In this document: in pieces, positions 18,350 through 27,396 of the stretch | Layout: each line of letters begins with the position of its first letter | Position numbering within the stretch: the stretch's first letter is position 1 | From: Nitrososphaeria archaeon | Lineage (GTDB): Archaea > Thermoproteota > Nitrososphaeria > JACIWG01 | Length of the DNA: 27,396 nucleotides | Reading direction: 5' to 3' | Assembly (NCBI GenBank): GCA_050011875.1 | Contig: JBEKIG010000018.1 | Location: 1 to 27,396 of the forward strand | Program-made: the position numbers and the translations under genes | The notes under the pieces: model-generated | The model's database searches: none | Told to the model about the DNA's origin: nothing | What the model saw: the letters and a program-made list of their open reading frames with translations, nothing else

Positions 18350-18912
18350 ACCAAGTAGGAGCACTTCCATTATATTTAAACTAGTATCTGGTTGCATCAT
18401 CCAGATATCCCAGTTCTTACTCTTCAAATTATGAGTCTTCTAAAAGATTATCTAGAAAAGTTCTCAGATGAGTAAGAAAGATGGGAGAAAGCGGCACAAT
18501 ATGATTGCATTGTTAAGAAAGGATATACATATATTGACGTTGAGATTAAGACACTTACTGGGGGGTTGCTAAAATCCTAAATCAGACCGATTTTGTATCT
18601 AATCCCACCGAATTTGAACCTAGTAGCCCTCCTAATAATTTACCAGTAAATTAGGGTTTAAATCCCGGCCTGAGCATTTTTTATATTTAAATTATAATAA
18701 AGAAGAATGCAATAGATTATCAATTTCAATTTGTGTCTTGATCTTTATCAATATTTTATATGTATAAATCTCCAGCCTTAAATAGGGCGTTTAACACAAT
18801 TTTTTTCCCCCCAGCTATGCATTGTGGTGCCTTATTCTCTTCTTATCATGTTGAATATTCATTTACATTTAAACTTTATAACTTCTTATAACACGATGTT
18901 TGATGAGTTCTA

Positions 18913-20061
18913 TTGGAATATAGACAATTTGGGAAACTTGACTGGAAAGTTTCCGCACTCGGTTTCGGAGGGGGCAGGTTTCCTGTTATTGGCTCAGATA
19001 AAAGTAAAATAAACGAAGATCAAGCTATTAAAATGATCCGTTACGCTATTGATCATGGCGTGAACTACTTAGACTCTGGATATGAATACCATAGAGGAAA
19101 TAGCGAGACACTTATTGGAAAAGCCTTGAGGGATGGATATAGACAAAAGGCTAAGGTGGCTACAAAGATGCCTGTTTGGCTGGTTAACTCTCAATCAGAT
19201 ATGACAAGAATCTTAAATGAGCAGCTAATAAAATTACAATCAAATCATATCGACTTCTATTTACTTCACGGCCTAAAAAGGGATCGTTGGTTGAAAATGA
19301 AACAATTAAATGTCATTGACTGGGCTGAGAGAGCGATCGAAGAAGGCAAGATAACGCACTTTGGTTTCAGCTTCCATGACGACTACGAGGTATTTAAGGA
19401 AATAGTAGACGACTATGATAAATGGGATCTCTGCCAAATACAATACAATTACTTAGATCAAGATTTTCAAGCCGGAACACGTGGATTGAGATATGCTGCT
19501 TCAAAAAAAATAGCTGTTGTTGTTATGGAGCCTATCGCTGCTGGAATGCTCGCTTTAAAACCATCAAAAGACACACAAAATATTTGGGATAAGGCAGAGA
19601 CAAAAAAGACCCCTGCTGAATTGGCTCTACAATGGGTCTGGGATCACCCTGAAGTATCTGTAGCCTTAAGCGGGATGAGTGCTATGGAACAGGTTATCGA
19701 AAATATTGGAAGTGCTTCTAGGTCGAAGCAGAAAAAATTGACAAAAAAGGAACTTAAGTTAATTTCTGAATTAAAGAAGAAGCATCTTGAAGGTAGATTG
19801 ATAGGTTGCAGAGACTGTGGGTACTGTATGCCATGCCCGCAAGGAGTGGATATTCCGAAGAATCTAGCATTCTATAATGAATTTGGACGTTTTAGATTTG
19901 GAAATGAAAAGGCATTAAAAGAACTAGTTGCGAGATATAATGAAACAGTACCTGCTGAGAATCGTGCTACGGAATGTGCTAAATGTGGCCAATGCGAAGA
20001 CAAGTGTCCTCAGCAGCTACCAATTCGTAACTTACTAGCGGAAGTTGTTATAGACTTCTAG
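18913..20061 (+). CDS. Aldo/keto reductase with C-terminal 2x[4Fe-4S] domain (COG1453-like)
   Basis: VSALGFG, GVNYLDSGYEY, ATKMP, IDFYLLH, GFSFHD; CRDCGYCMPCP and CAKCGQCEDKCP. Confidence 0.93.
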   Translation: MEYRQFGKLDWKVSALGFGGGRFPVIGSDKSKINEDQAIKMIRYAIDHGVNYLDSGYEYHRGNSETLIGKALRDGYRQKAKVATKMPVWLVNSQSDMTRILNEQLIKLQSNHIDFYLLHGLKRDRWLKMKQLNVIDWAERAIEEGKITHFGFSFHDDYEVFKEIVDDYDKWDLCQIQYNYLDQDFQAGTRGLRYAASKKIAVVVMEPIAAGMLALKPSKDTQNIWDKAETKKTPAELALQWVWDHPEVSVALSGMSAMEQVIENIGSASRSKQKKLTKKELKLISELKKKHLEGRLIGCRDCGYCMPCPQGVDIPKNLAFYNEFGRFRFGNEKALKELVARYNETVPAENRATECAKCGQCEDKCPQQLPIRNLLAEVVIDF

Positions 20062-20200
20062 TTAGCATCTTAAATCCTTCTGGAAGCTCTACGAGCAAGA
20101 TGTGAAAGCATGAAAGAAGTTTTAATAAAAGTGATTTAACTTCAAAAAAGGAATTTACTCTTAAACATTTTTAAACTGATCTTATATTTATAAATCTATT

Positions 20201-20707
20201 GTGTCAAATAGAGAGCAAGACCATAACACACTATGGAAAGATATAGCCACATACGCTGTTTGGGAAATTATCGTAATAGTATTTTTTATCGTAATCTTGT
20301 CGGTTCCAATAATTCCTTACACATATACGCTCTCTGAACCCGTTCAAATGAATACCAATATTTCTTTATGGAAGGATGAGCCAATTTTCCCAAGCCAGAA
20401 TTTATCTCAAGTCGTCAGTATTCCAGAAAATATAATAATTATTATTATAATAATTATTATATTTATTATTATAATAATTATTGCGTATTTATTATATCGG
20501 TTATTCAGTATTGGACCGCGTGAAAGAGAATTGGAAAGCGTAATCCTCTCGACCATAAGATCACGAAATGGTGCTACCATGGACGACATTATAATTGGAG
20601 CACACATATCTTCCGAAAAAGCAAGCCAAGAAACAAGAAAACTAATAGCAAGAGGAGTAATTAAAACAGTGGATAAGGAAGGCAAAACGTTCTATATGAC
20701 AACATAA
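20201..20707 (+). CDS. Two-TM membrane protein with C-terminal winged-helix-like domain and poly-Ile TM
   Basis: NGATMDDIIIGAHISSEKASQETRKLIARGVIKTVDKEGKTFY. Confidence 0.7.
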   Translation: MSNREQDHNTLWKDIATYAVWEIIVIVFFIVILSVPIIPYTYTLSEPVQMNTNISLWKDEPIFPSQNLSQVVSIPENIIIIIIIIIIFIIIIIIAYLLYRLFSIGPRERELESVILSTIRSRNGATMDDIIIGAHISSEKASQETRKLIARGVIKTVDKEGKTFYMTT

Positions 20708-20793
20708 ACAAATCCGTTCTAACTCTTTGATATAACATGGATATTAAGCTCAATTGAAGGAAATATATGAGAAAGCAAAATTGAAGGTTTTAG

Positions 20794-21113
20794 ACACAAT
20801 AAAATAGTAATTATTAGAATCAAGAGAAAATTGAAGTTATTGGGATTCATAGCCGAAAAGGGTTCGGTAGCCCCCTAATAGAGACAGCGCGATTTTAAAT
20901 TTACAAAGTATTTTAAGAGCTGATCCATCCATACAGAAGTTAGTCATAGTCGCGACTGAAGAAGAAATTGAGAAGTTCAAAGAAGAGATTATGTCTTTGC
21001 CAGAGGACTTCAGAAATTCAATGGGATATTTCAAAGTAAAAGATTTGCAAAAAGCCTTAGAGCATCAAGTAGCCTTGAAGGATATTTTATCCAATATCGG
21101 TCTGCTCAGATGA
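20794..21113 (+). pseudogene. Remnant of a restriction-endonuclease-like gene (C-terminal part)
   Basis: Startless 77-aa frame RDSAILNLQSIL..DPSIQKLVIVATEEEIEKFKEEI (20880-21113), preceded in another frame by HNKIV...LLGFIAEK; family call from recollection only. Confidence 0.45.
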
Positions 21114-21305
21114 AGAATCGGGATTTTAGAATAGCTAAATTTTAGAATAGACCCTTTGGAAAGGCCCATATCTTTGGTCTAGACCGATTAATACTATTTT
21201 TAAGACTCACCAAATGTTTGAATCTTCCTTTGCTAAGATCTAATCTTATTTTACTATTAGTTGCGATTTTTGTATGTGCAAAATAATTCTAGTGAACCCC
21301 AAAAC

Positions 21306-21313
21306 TTTATAAA
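21306..21313 (+). promoter_or_regulatory. TATA box candidate
   Basis: TTTATAAA preceded by A-rich BRE-like bases, about 35-40 bp upstream of ATG 21349. Confidence 0.4.
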
Positions 21314-21348
21314 GAGCAATGAAATAGACTGTAATAGGTTGAAATAGA

Positions 21349-21681
21349 ATGAAAAAGATGGAAGAAAGGGAGGACAAACTTTCTAGTTGTACAGATGTGA
21401 GAGACGAAAACGGGAATGTTTTGGGAGCTGTATGTGTGGCTATAGCTAAGAACTTTGGCAAAAAACGCAAAACAGACATTATATTTATGGGTAAAGAAAA
21501 ACCCGCGTTTTCGGTCAGGAGTACAACAGAATTGATGAACATACTTGGACAGACTAAAATGAATGTGTCATTTGAAGAAAGAAAAAGAGTACTAAATTTC
21601 GTTGCAGAAAGATTGCGTATGTTAGAGTTAGAAAGGGCTTCTGGAGACAGCGAAGAGGCATCCAATGAAAAACAACATTAA
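21349..21681 (+). CDS. Hypothetical protein
   Basis: 110-aa ORF with upstream AGGT and TATA-like box. Confidence 0.7.
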   Translation: MKKMEEREDKLSSCTDVRDENGNVLGAVCVAIAKNFGKKRKTDIIFMGKEKPAFSVRSTTELMNILGQTKMNVSFEERKRVLNFVAERLRMLELERASGDSEEASNEKQH

Positions 21682-21692
21682 AATGTTTAATC

Positions 21693-22391
21693 TTGATTAA
21701 CAGGAGGAACACTTTTACGACAAACAATCTTGCACCCTCTGGCAGAAAAGGGTATAAGGGCATCGCAATGGAAGGACTTGTCGCTAGGTGGTATTCAAGA
21801 ATCCAACAGAAAAGCAGGGAACAATACATATCATGGGCGAAGATAGCAAGAGACAAGATAAAAGCAGGCAGTAGTGTGCTCGAAGTCGCGCCAGGTCCTG
21901 GCTATTTATCGATCGAGCTAGCAAAACTTGGCAGTTACAGAATCGTGGGATTAGACATCAGCAAGACGTTCGTAGATATTGCAAAAGAGAAAGCCAGAGT
22001 AGCAGGAGCGCAAATCGAATTTCGACAAGGCGATGCAGCCTATATTCCTTTCTCGGCTGACATTTTCGATTTCGTAATCTGTACATCTGCTTTCAAGAAT
22101 TTTCCAGAACCTGTGAGAGTACTCGACGAAATATTCAGGGTTTTGAAGACTGGAGGTAAGGCCCTGATCATTGATTTGCGTAAGGATGCCCCTAAGGCAG
22201 AGATCAATGAGTACATACATGGCATGAGGCTGAACAGGTTTGATTCATTCTTTACCAAAATGATGTTTAGGTATCTGCTGAGAACGGCTTATAGCAAAAG
22301 TGAGATCCAAGATCTCGTCTCCAAATCTAGTTTTAGAAGTTGTGAAATCCTAGAGAACCAGATAGATCTTGAAATATCTCTTCAAAAGTAA
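21693..22391 (+). CDS. Class I SAM-dependent methyltransferase (UbiE-like)
   Basis: VLEVAPGPG, GLDIS, GDA..IPF, FDFV, EIFRVLKTGG; start uncertain. Confidence 0.92.
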   Translation: MINRRNTFTTNNLAPSGRKGYKGIAMEGLVARWYSRIQQKSREQYISWAKIARDKIKAGSSVLEVAPGPGYLSIELAKLGSYRIVGLDISKTFVDIAKEKARVAGAQIEFRQGDAAYIPFSADIFDFVICTSAFKNFPEPVRVLDEIFRVLKTGGKALIIDLRKDAPKAEINEYIHGMRLNRFDSFFTKMMFRYLLRTAYSKSEIQDLVSKSSFRSCEILENQIDLEISLQK

Positions 22392-22649
22392 GGGACATCC
22401 TAAAGATACAAAGATGTAGGCGCTCTTTTGTGCGATATGTGATACTAAGAGATAATTAGGAATAACTTCTTTTGATGGTTCCTATCTCCTTGATGGTGTG
22501 TTCCGGAATCCAAGAAAATGCTGGGAACTTAACCGTAGGGTTTTTAATCTCGGCCGGAGCATTGATCTTGGAAAGCAAGCCAGCGTTAAGATTGTAACAA
22601 GCTGCCTTCTCCTCCGCAGTGCCACCTATAATGTCCCCGGAATCGAACT

Positions 22650-22736
22650 TTACCTATAGAGTCCCCATAATGTGAGCTTTCTGTCGTTCCTCCTTCTGTA
22701 GAAGGCATAAACAATAAGGGTACCGTTTTCGCTCAT
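22650..22736 (-). pseudogene. Possible flavodoxin-domain N-terminal remnant
   Basis: MSENGTLIVYA / STEGGTTES across a frameshift resembles the beta1 plus phosphate-binding loop. Confidence 0.3.
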
Positions 22737-22768
22737 ATCATCCACTCTACTTGCTTCAACATATTTCT

Positions 22769-23236
22769 CTATTGTTTATGACTGGTTTTGATAAGATTTT
22801 TCACGTCGAAACCTTTTGACTTTGCAGATTCTAGCAACTTAAAAAACAGTTTATCGTCCATCCTCGGTGTCCTGCTCAATATCCAGAGATACTTGCGGTT
22901 TGGTGTGCCTACAACTGCATATTCATACTCCTTACCCAGGTCTATAATCCAGTAATCAGCAGAGGACGGCCAGAAGAATGATACTTTCAGTTTCGCTCCA
23001 GTTTTTCTATCAACTACTTTTGCCTTGCCCTTTGCCTGTTTCAGTTGGCCATCTCTTAGGCATTCATTGAGCACGGAAACCTTGCCATCTTCCGATAAGC
23101 TATAAGTCGCCGTTATATCAGTACAATCATCTTCGAACCTAAATGGAAGGTGTCCAATCTCAAACCATTTACCCAGATACTTCTCTAAATCGACGTGCGG
23201 CACGACTTCAAGCGAATTATGTTCATCTTTCGCCAA
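22769..23236 (-). CDS. blc: Bacterial-type lipocalin (Blc family)
   Basis: VDLEKYLGKWFEI, LKVSFFWP, DYWII, YLWILSRTP; probable TTG start at 23236 after GGTG (ORF open to 23338). Confidence 0.9.
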   Translation of the reverse strand: MAKDEHNSLEVVPHVDLEKYLGKWFEIGHLPFRFEDDCTDITATYSLSEDGKVSVLNECLRDGQLKQAKGKAKVVDRKTGAKLKVSFFWPSSADYWIIDLGKEYEYAVVGTPNRKYLWILSRTPRMDDKLFFKLLESAKSKGFDVKNLIKTSHKQ

Positions 23237-23580
23237 ATAAATTACACCATCAATATAACCTTCAGGCAGGCTTTTTAAATAAGTTATAGTCCGAACTGGC
23301 TTAATATGTCCTGTTGGAAAAGTTAACAATAATCTCATTCACGGTATCATTAATTCAAAAAAACCTTTACTTTTTATTCAATGCCCGTAATTCACTAATT
23401 ATTCATGTTTTACAGTTAGATTATAGGCAAATTCAATAAAAGCACCCGTTTTTTCTTTAGGTATATGTGGGATAAAATATGAAAATGTTTTATTTGATAT
23501 TCCTTTAGCTTTAAGTTTATAAACTGCATCCATCAGCACAGGAGTAATCTTTATGTACGACCATACCCTTATTTCGATTT

Positions 23581-25620
23581 ATGACAGCAAGAAATACGGC
23601 AAGTGAGTCCGAAGAACTTCTGCCTGTTTATGAAATAACCCGCACAGGTATTGATGATGTGCAGGCCACGAAACTGGCAGAGGCATTACGTATTCCACGA
23701 GAAAAGATAGTGGTACAAAATGGAGCGGTTTCATTTGTCGATTCTGCAAACCATCTTTCTGTTCCCCACGTTCCGGTCAAAGATCCAATCGCCGCTTCGA
23801 TCAGAGAAGCGACCAGGAATTATTATCCCGACATACCTGTTGAAGCGAAGTCAATAGACTATTCGGCCTTGAACAACTTATCAGCTCTGGACGCCGATAG
23901 GGCACTAAGATTGACATCTGACGCCTTGGAATTCGCTGGCCTCACGCCAGAAGATGCAAAGCCGGTCGTTGGTCACACAGTGTTCAAGACCGTCTCTACC
24001 AATGCTAGGGGTGCCCTGGAATCGACAAGCACAAATCTGGATACGCATGTGAGGTACCGTTTCACGCTTAGCGGTCACCCACTTGTAGGGCCAGGAGCAC
24101 AAGTTCAAGTTCACTACGATACTAAAGGAAATGTCACCCAACTGCTCCATGCCATGCGCACACTGAAGAAGGGGCCAATGGTCAAGATCATTCCCGTTAA
24201 AGAGCTCCGCGATCGATTTCTCAAATCATTGCCAGATAGTGCTGAAATTAAGATTCGGCTCGTCTACTGGGCTCCTCCCCTTACACCTGAGGTCAAATCA
24301 TTAAAAGGGTGGAGTCCGCGAGCAATTATTCCCTGGTATGCAATCACCGTCACGAGACGTCTAAGTGATTCAGGAACACAGTCGAGGACTTCACGAGTAC
24401 GTTTGATTCCTGCCACCGATGACCGAAGGTTTGTCCCCTCGGCAACTCTTAATGTCAACGCCCGGCAGCGATCAGTGGTTGACGCACATGTCTCAGTAAG
24501 TGGAGGCACGCCGCCCTATACGTATCTTTGGGCGGGCTCTAATACCGAAACTTCGGCCAGCAATGAGGATTCGATCCGTTATATTCCTACGGTTCGCGAT
24601 TTTCGCCCTATCCTACGCTCTCAGTTGTTGGAAAGGATCGAAAATGTGGTGGTAACTGTCATCGATGCCAATGGCGTGCTTGTACAGACTGGCCAAACTG
24701 TTCCGGTCGTGGCGCAGCCCGTTCTGGGCTTTCGAGATGGCGATGGCTCAGTAACATACGGTTGCGAAAGTCCTAACGACCCCGGCCCAAGCCCGATAGA
24801 TGGGTCGTATGCGCCTGAGAGGATAGCTTGGCAGCAAGCTATGGGTGCTCCAAACGCTGGTGGAGGGTCCCAGCAGTTCTGCTGGCTGGCTGACGCATCC
24901 TGGCCGGGTGACTACATCGAACCCGTTCCCCCCGGGACACTGGTTTCGGATGCGTGGATAAATGGAGACGCCGATTATTCGAACTGGGGAATCAACACGA
25001 CAAACATCATGTTATATAACGGCGACGGTTGTCCTTCATGCTTTACCGAAATGTATCCTGGAGCTACACCTGATGAATATAACGCTTCAGGTGGAGCTGT
25101 TCTTTTCACGCCTGGAAGCTCCTCTACGGTGCAGATCGGCAGTCAATACTACTTTGTGAACTATAATGGCTCATGGGGTACTCCGAACCCGGGGGACAAC
25201 TTGCAGTGGCTGGCAATGTACGCCTGTAATATACTGGAGAACGATAGCAACGCCCCTTCTCCTTGGCTACGCTGGGGTCCCGCCTTTAATGGACTGCACA
25301 GTATGGTGGGATTCGCATCTGAGGCCTCTGACGCCGGCGTCGGCTTCATGGGCGACTTTCCAAACAATATACTTGGTGTGGGAAAGCCCCCTGAAACCAT
25401 AGTTCAGGGATGGCTCGACGCCGCGATGGCCGACGACATGGGCACGCCAGCTGCAATGGGGCCGATTTGGAACTTGGAACTTGGAATAATCACTGTAGGA
25501 ATAAGTGACTACTCGGACTATTATTGGGGTAAGGGATCCGTAGGTATAACCATCCCACAATGTATGATAAATGGCTGGTGGTATATTCAGGGCACTGATG
25601 CCGTACAGGATTTTCCATAA
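23581..25620 (+). CDS. Large multidomain protein with Ig/PKD-like segment and DUF6345-like C-terminal domain
   Basis: VSGGTPPYTYLW; LQWLAMYACNIL...WGPAFNGLHSMVGF...TIVQGWLDA. Confidence 0.75.
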   Translation: MTARNTASESEELLPVYEITRTGIDDVQATKLAEALRIPREKIVVQNGAVSFVDSANHLSVPHVPVKDPIAASIREATRNYYPDIPVEAKSIDYSALNNLSALDADRALRLTSDALEFAGLTPEDAKPVVGHTVFKTVSTNARGALESTSTNLDTHVRYRFTLSGHPLVGPGAQVQVHYDTKGNVTQLLHAMRTLKKGPMVKIIPVKELRDRFLKSLPDSAEIKIRLVYWAPPLTPEVKSLKGWSPRAIIPWYAITVTRRLSDSGTQSRTSRVRLIPATDDRRFVPSATLNVNARQRSVVDAHVSVSGGTPPYTYLWAGSNTETSASNEDSIRYIPTVRDFRPILRSQLLERIENVVVTVIDANGVLVQTGQTVPVVAQPVLGFRDGDGSVTYGCESPNDPGPSPIDGSYAPERIAWQQAMGAPNAGGGSQQFCWLADASWPGDYIEPVPPGTLVSDAWINGDADYSNWGINTTNIMLYNGDGCPSCFTEMYPGATPDEYNASGGAVLFTPGSSSTVQIGSQYYFVNYNGSWGTPNPGDNLQWLAMYACNILENDSNAPSPWLRWGPAFNGLHSMVGFASEASDAGVGFMGDFPNNILGVGKPPETIVQGWLDAAMADDMGTPAAMGPIWNLELGIITVGISDYSDYYWGKGSVGITIPQCMINGWWYIQGTDAVQDFP

Positions 25621-25669
25621 ATACAAAACATAGACCAACATTGGCTCATCTAAGAGGTAAGCAAAGCGG

Positions 25670-25797
25670 CGTGAAGACACTCGCTGATATTCGCAAAGCT
25701 AAGGAAATAAAAGAATACAAGATGGAGGAACTTCAGAAATTTATTAAAGAAAACGAAAAAACTATTTCTGAGCATCCGCCTAAAGGTTGGAAATAAA
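25670..25797 (+). pseudogene. Possible C-terminal gene remnant
   Basis: Frame VKTLADIRKAKEIKEYKMEELQKFIKENEKTISEHPPKGWK-stop. Confidence 0.25.
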
Positions 25798-26066
25798 TGG
25801 GAACATACTTCTACGTCTCAGGGTTTGGGTGGTATCATTGTGCAGTGCCCATAAATTATATTATTTCTTTAGGATTCTGTTTGGATTAACCTGGAACTTG
25901 AATCTTTAAACTCCATATAAAAAGACATGTGGTTTCCATGGATTGAGAAAGTACAGTGATGCTGCTAGGCTCAGCGTCTATGAAGAATCTTGTAGGTTGC
26001 CTTAAGTGGCTTTGAAATTACATATATATAGCAGATACAATTAATTAAATTAGTAGGTGATTTGTC

Positions 26067-26204
26067 ATGTCAGCAAGAGATCTTAAGACGCTCGGGCGTC
26101 ATGTTATTGAGGAATACAACAAGGGGAAGGCGGCCGCCATGGCTGTAATAGACGAGACGTGCTCTACTAAAAGTTTCTTCACATCCAATCGACAGATTTT
26201 GTGA
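26067..26204 (+). pseudogene. SnoaL-like ester cyclase N-terminal fragment truncated by the 48-bp repeat
   Basis: AGGTGA RBS; MSARDLKTLGRHVIEEYNKGKAAAMAVIDETCST runs into the repeat and stops. Confidence 0.65.
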
Positions 26205-26218
26205 AACCTGTGTCCTAA
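26171..26218 (+). repeat. 48-bp dispersed repeat, copy 2
   Basis: AAGTTTCTTCACATCCAATCGACAGATTTTGTGAAACCTGTGTCCTAA. Confidence 0.9.
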
Positions 26219-26450
26219 AACCAGGAATGTTTAGACCAAGAATAAGATCAAACCTCGCACGCATAAAATACGTCTGCTTTACGTCTAACTAGCATCGGTT
26301 TTGGGTAGTTTATCCATTCTGTGTAAATTCAGTAGCTCTTGAAGTTGTTTTTCTACCCTTGCAACACGGGGATGCATGGCTAAGTAGTCAGCCTAGGATC
26401 GGCTCTGTTAGCCTAAGCTCTTCTTAAGAATGCGTCGGATGAGTTGCTGC

Positions 26451-26846
26451 TTAGGAGCCGGACTTTGGCGGCATCATACCGCCCAACACTTCGGTCAGAG
26501 GCGGCGTACTTATCGGTTCATCTTCCACGATCTTCCCGTTAGCTAGACGGTAATAGGTGATAACTCGGGCAGAGACCTTTTTCCCGCTGGCGAGGGTGAA
26601 GTTCATGTTACCTCGAAATACGACCGAATCGCCTTCGGCTACCAGATCCGCGATTTCAAAATTGCGTGCCGGCACGGAAGCATTCAGGCCGGAAACCACG
26701 GCCTTGAAGCCAGTACGATTGGTGATGCCCATACTCGGATTAACATAATCCGGCGCAAGCAATTCGTCGATAAGGTCGATATTGCCGCGGCCCAACACTT
26801 CTTTGATGAATCTGCGGACGACGGCTTTGTTCCCATCGGTGGTCAT
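26451..26846 (-). CDS. SnoaL-like / NTF2-fold ester cyclase family protein
   Basis: NKAVVRRFIKEVLGRGNIDLIDELLAPDYV, DLVAEGDSV, YRLANGKIVE; ATG 26846 with AGGAG RBS. Confidence 0.88.
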   Translation of the reverse strand: MTTDGNKAVVRRFIKEVLGRGNIDLIDELLAPDYVNPSMGITNRTGFKAVVSGLNASVPARNFEIADLVAEGDSVVFRGNMNFTLASGKKVSARVITYYRLANGKIVEDEPISTPPLTEVLGGMMPPKSGS

Positions 26847-27269
26847 TTCAAATTCTCCTATTCCATGAGAGAGTCGCGCGGTCATTATAACTTTTTCGGT
26901 TCGCATTCCATTGCGTAACAGTGATTCCCATAAGCGCTATTTGACTTTGGTAATAACCCTCTCTTACTTGTTCTAATATACTATGCAGTAATGTTAAAGA
27001 TTTATGATAAAAATTTGAACACTGATTAGAAGCCAATTAGATAAACATCTTCAATAAATAGCTTAATTCTTAGTTATGTTTTAACACTTTGTAGCAGTTT
27101 TTTGACTTTCTTAGTATAAACTTCGAGTTCAAGACGGAAAGAATATACGTTCCTCTCAAATTGCTCAGAAGGATTTCGACATGGCAGGGAATTCATGAAA
27201 TTCTTTAAAATAAGTTCCTTGATCAAACAGAAATAACATATTTAAATTGCAATGAAGTGGAGAAAGGGC

Positions 27270-27396
27270 ATGATACGTATCTTAGGAGTTGTCGGAAGCC
27301 CAAGAATTGGAGGAAATACAGAATTATTCGTAAATGAAGCATTGAAGGCTGCTGAAGGGGAAGGCGCTAAAGTAGAACTTGTAAGACTTGCCGACA
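27270..27396 (+). CDS. Flavodoxin-family / NADPH-dependent FMN reductase (iron-sulfur flavoprotein-like), 5' part; runs off the window
   Basis: MIRILGVVGSPRIGGNTELFVNEALKAAEGEGAKVELVRL. Confidence 0.85.
   Translation, partial: MIRILGVVGSPRIGGNTELFVNEALKAAEGEGAKVELVRLAD

Noticed and set aside
1-27396. Integron cassette array, tRNA or rRNA genes
   Set aside because: Genes are in mixed orientations, with no integrase and no repeated attC between genes; no cloverleaf or rRNA-like sequence recognised.

Overview
Archaeal accessory region, probably Bathyarchaeia-like. This is inferred from thermopsin, an ADP-forming acyl-CoA synthetase alpha subunit, TTG/GTG starts, TATA-like boxes and a VGG-type C-terminal anchor. 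It is a mosaic of intact genes (MFS, ABC-2 pair, acdA, aldo/keto reductase, SAM methyltransferase, lipocalin, SnoaL, large secreted or DUF proteins) separated by many gene remnants. The best candidate for an undescribed system lies at 3.57-7.74 kb. It comprises an array of 12 TCAAC boxes at exact 10-bp spacing, a wHTH plus helical protein, and a divergent two-gene operon. The operon encodes an HTH/internal-repeat coiled-coil protein and a coiled-coil protein ending in a CxxC...CxNPxC zinc domain; that domain recurs 5 kb away on a membrane anchor. Two covarying IS200/IS605-type end hairpins (267-297 and 10375-10405) face each other and bracket this block. A 48-bp dispersed repeat follows two separate gene fragments. 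No rRNA, tRNA or CRISPR array was seen. All family calls come from motif recognition by eye; no searches were run.
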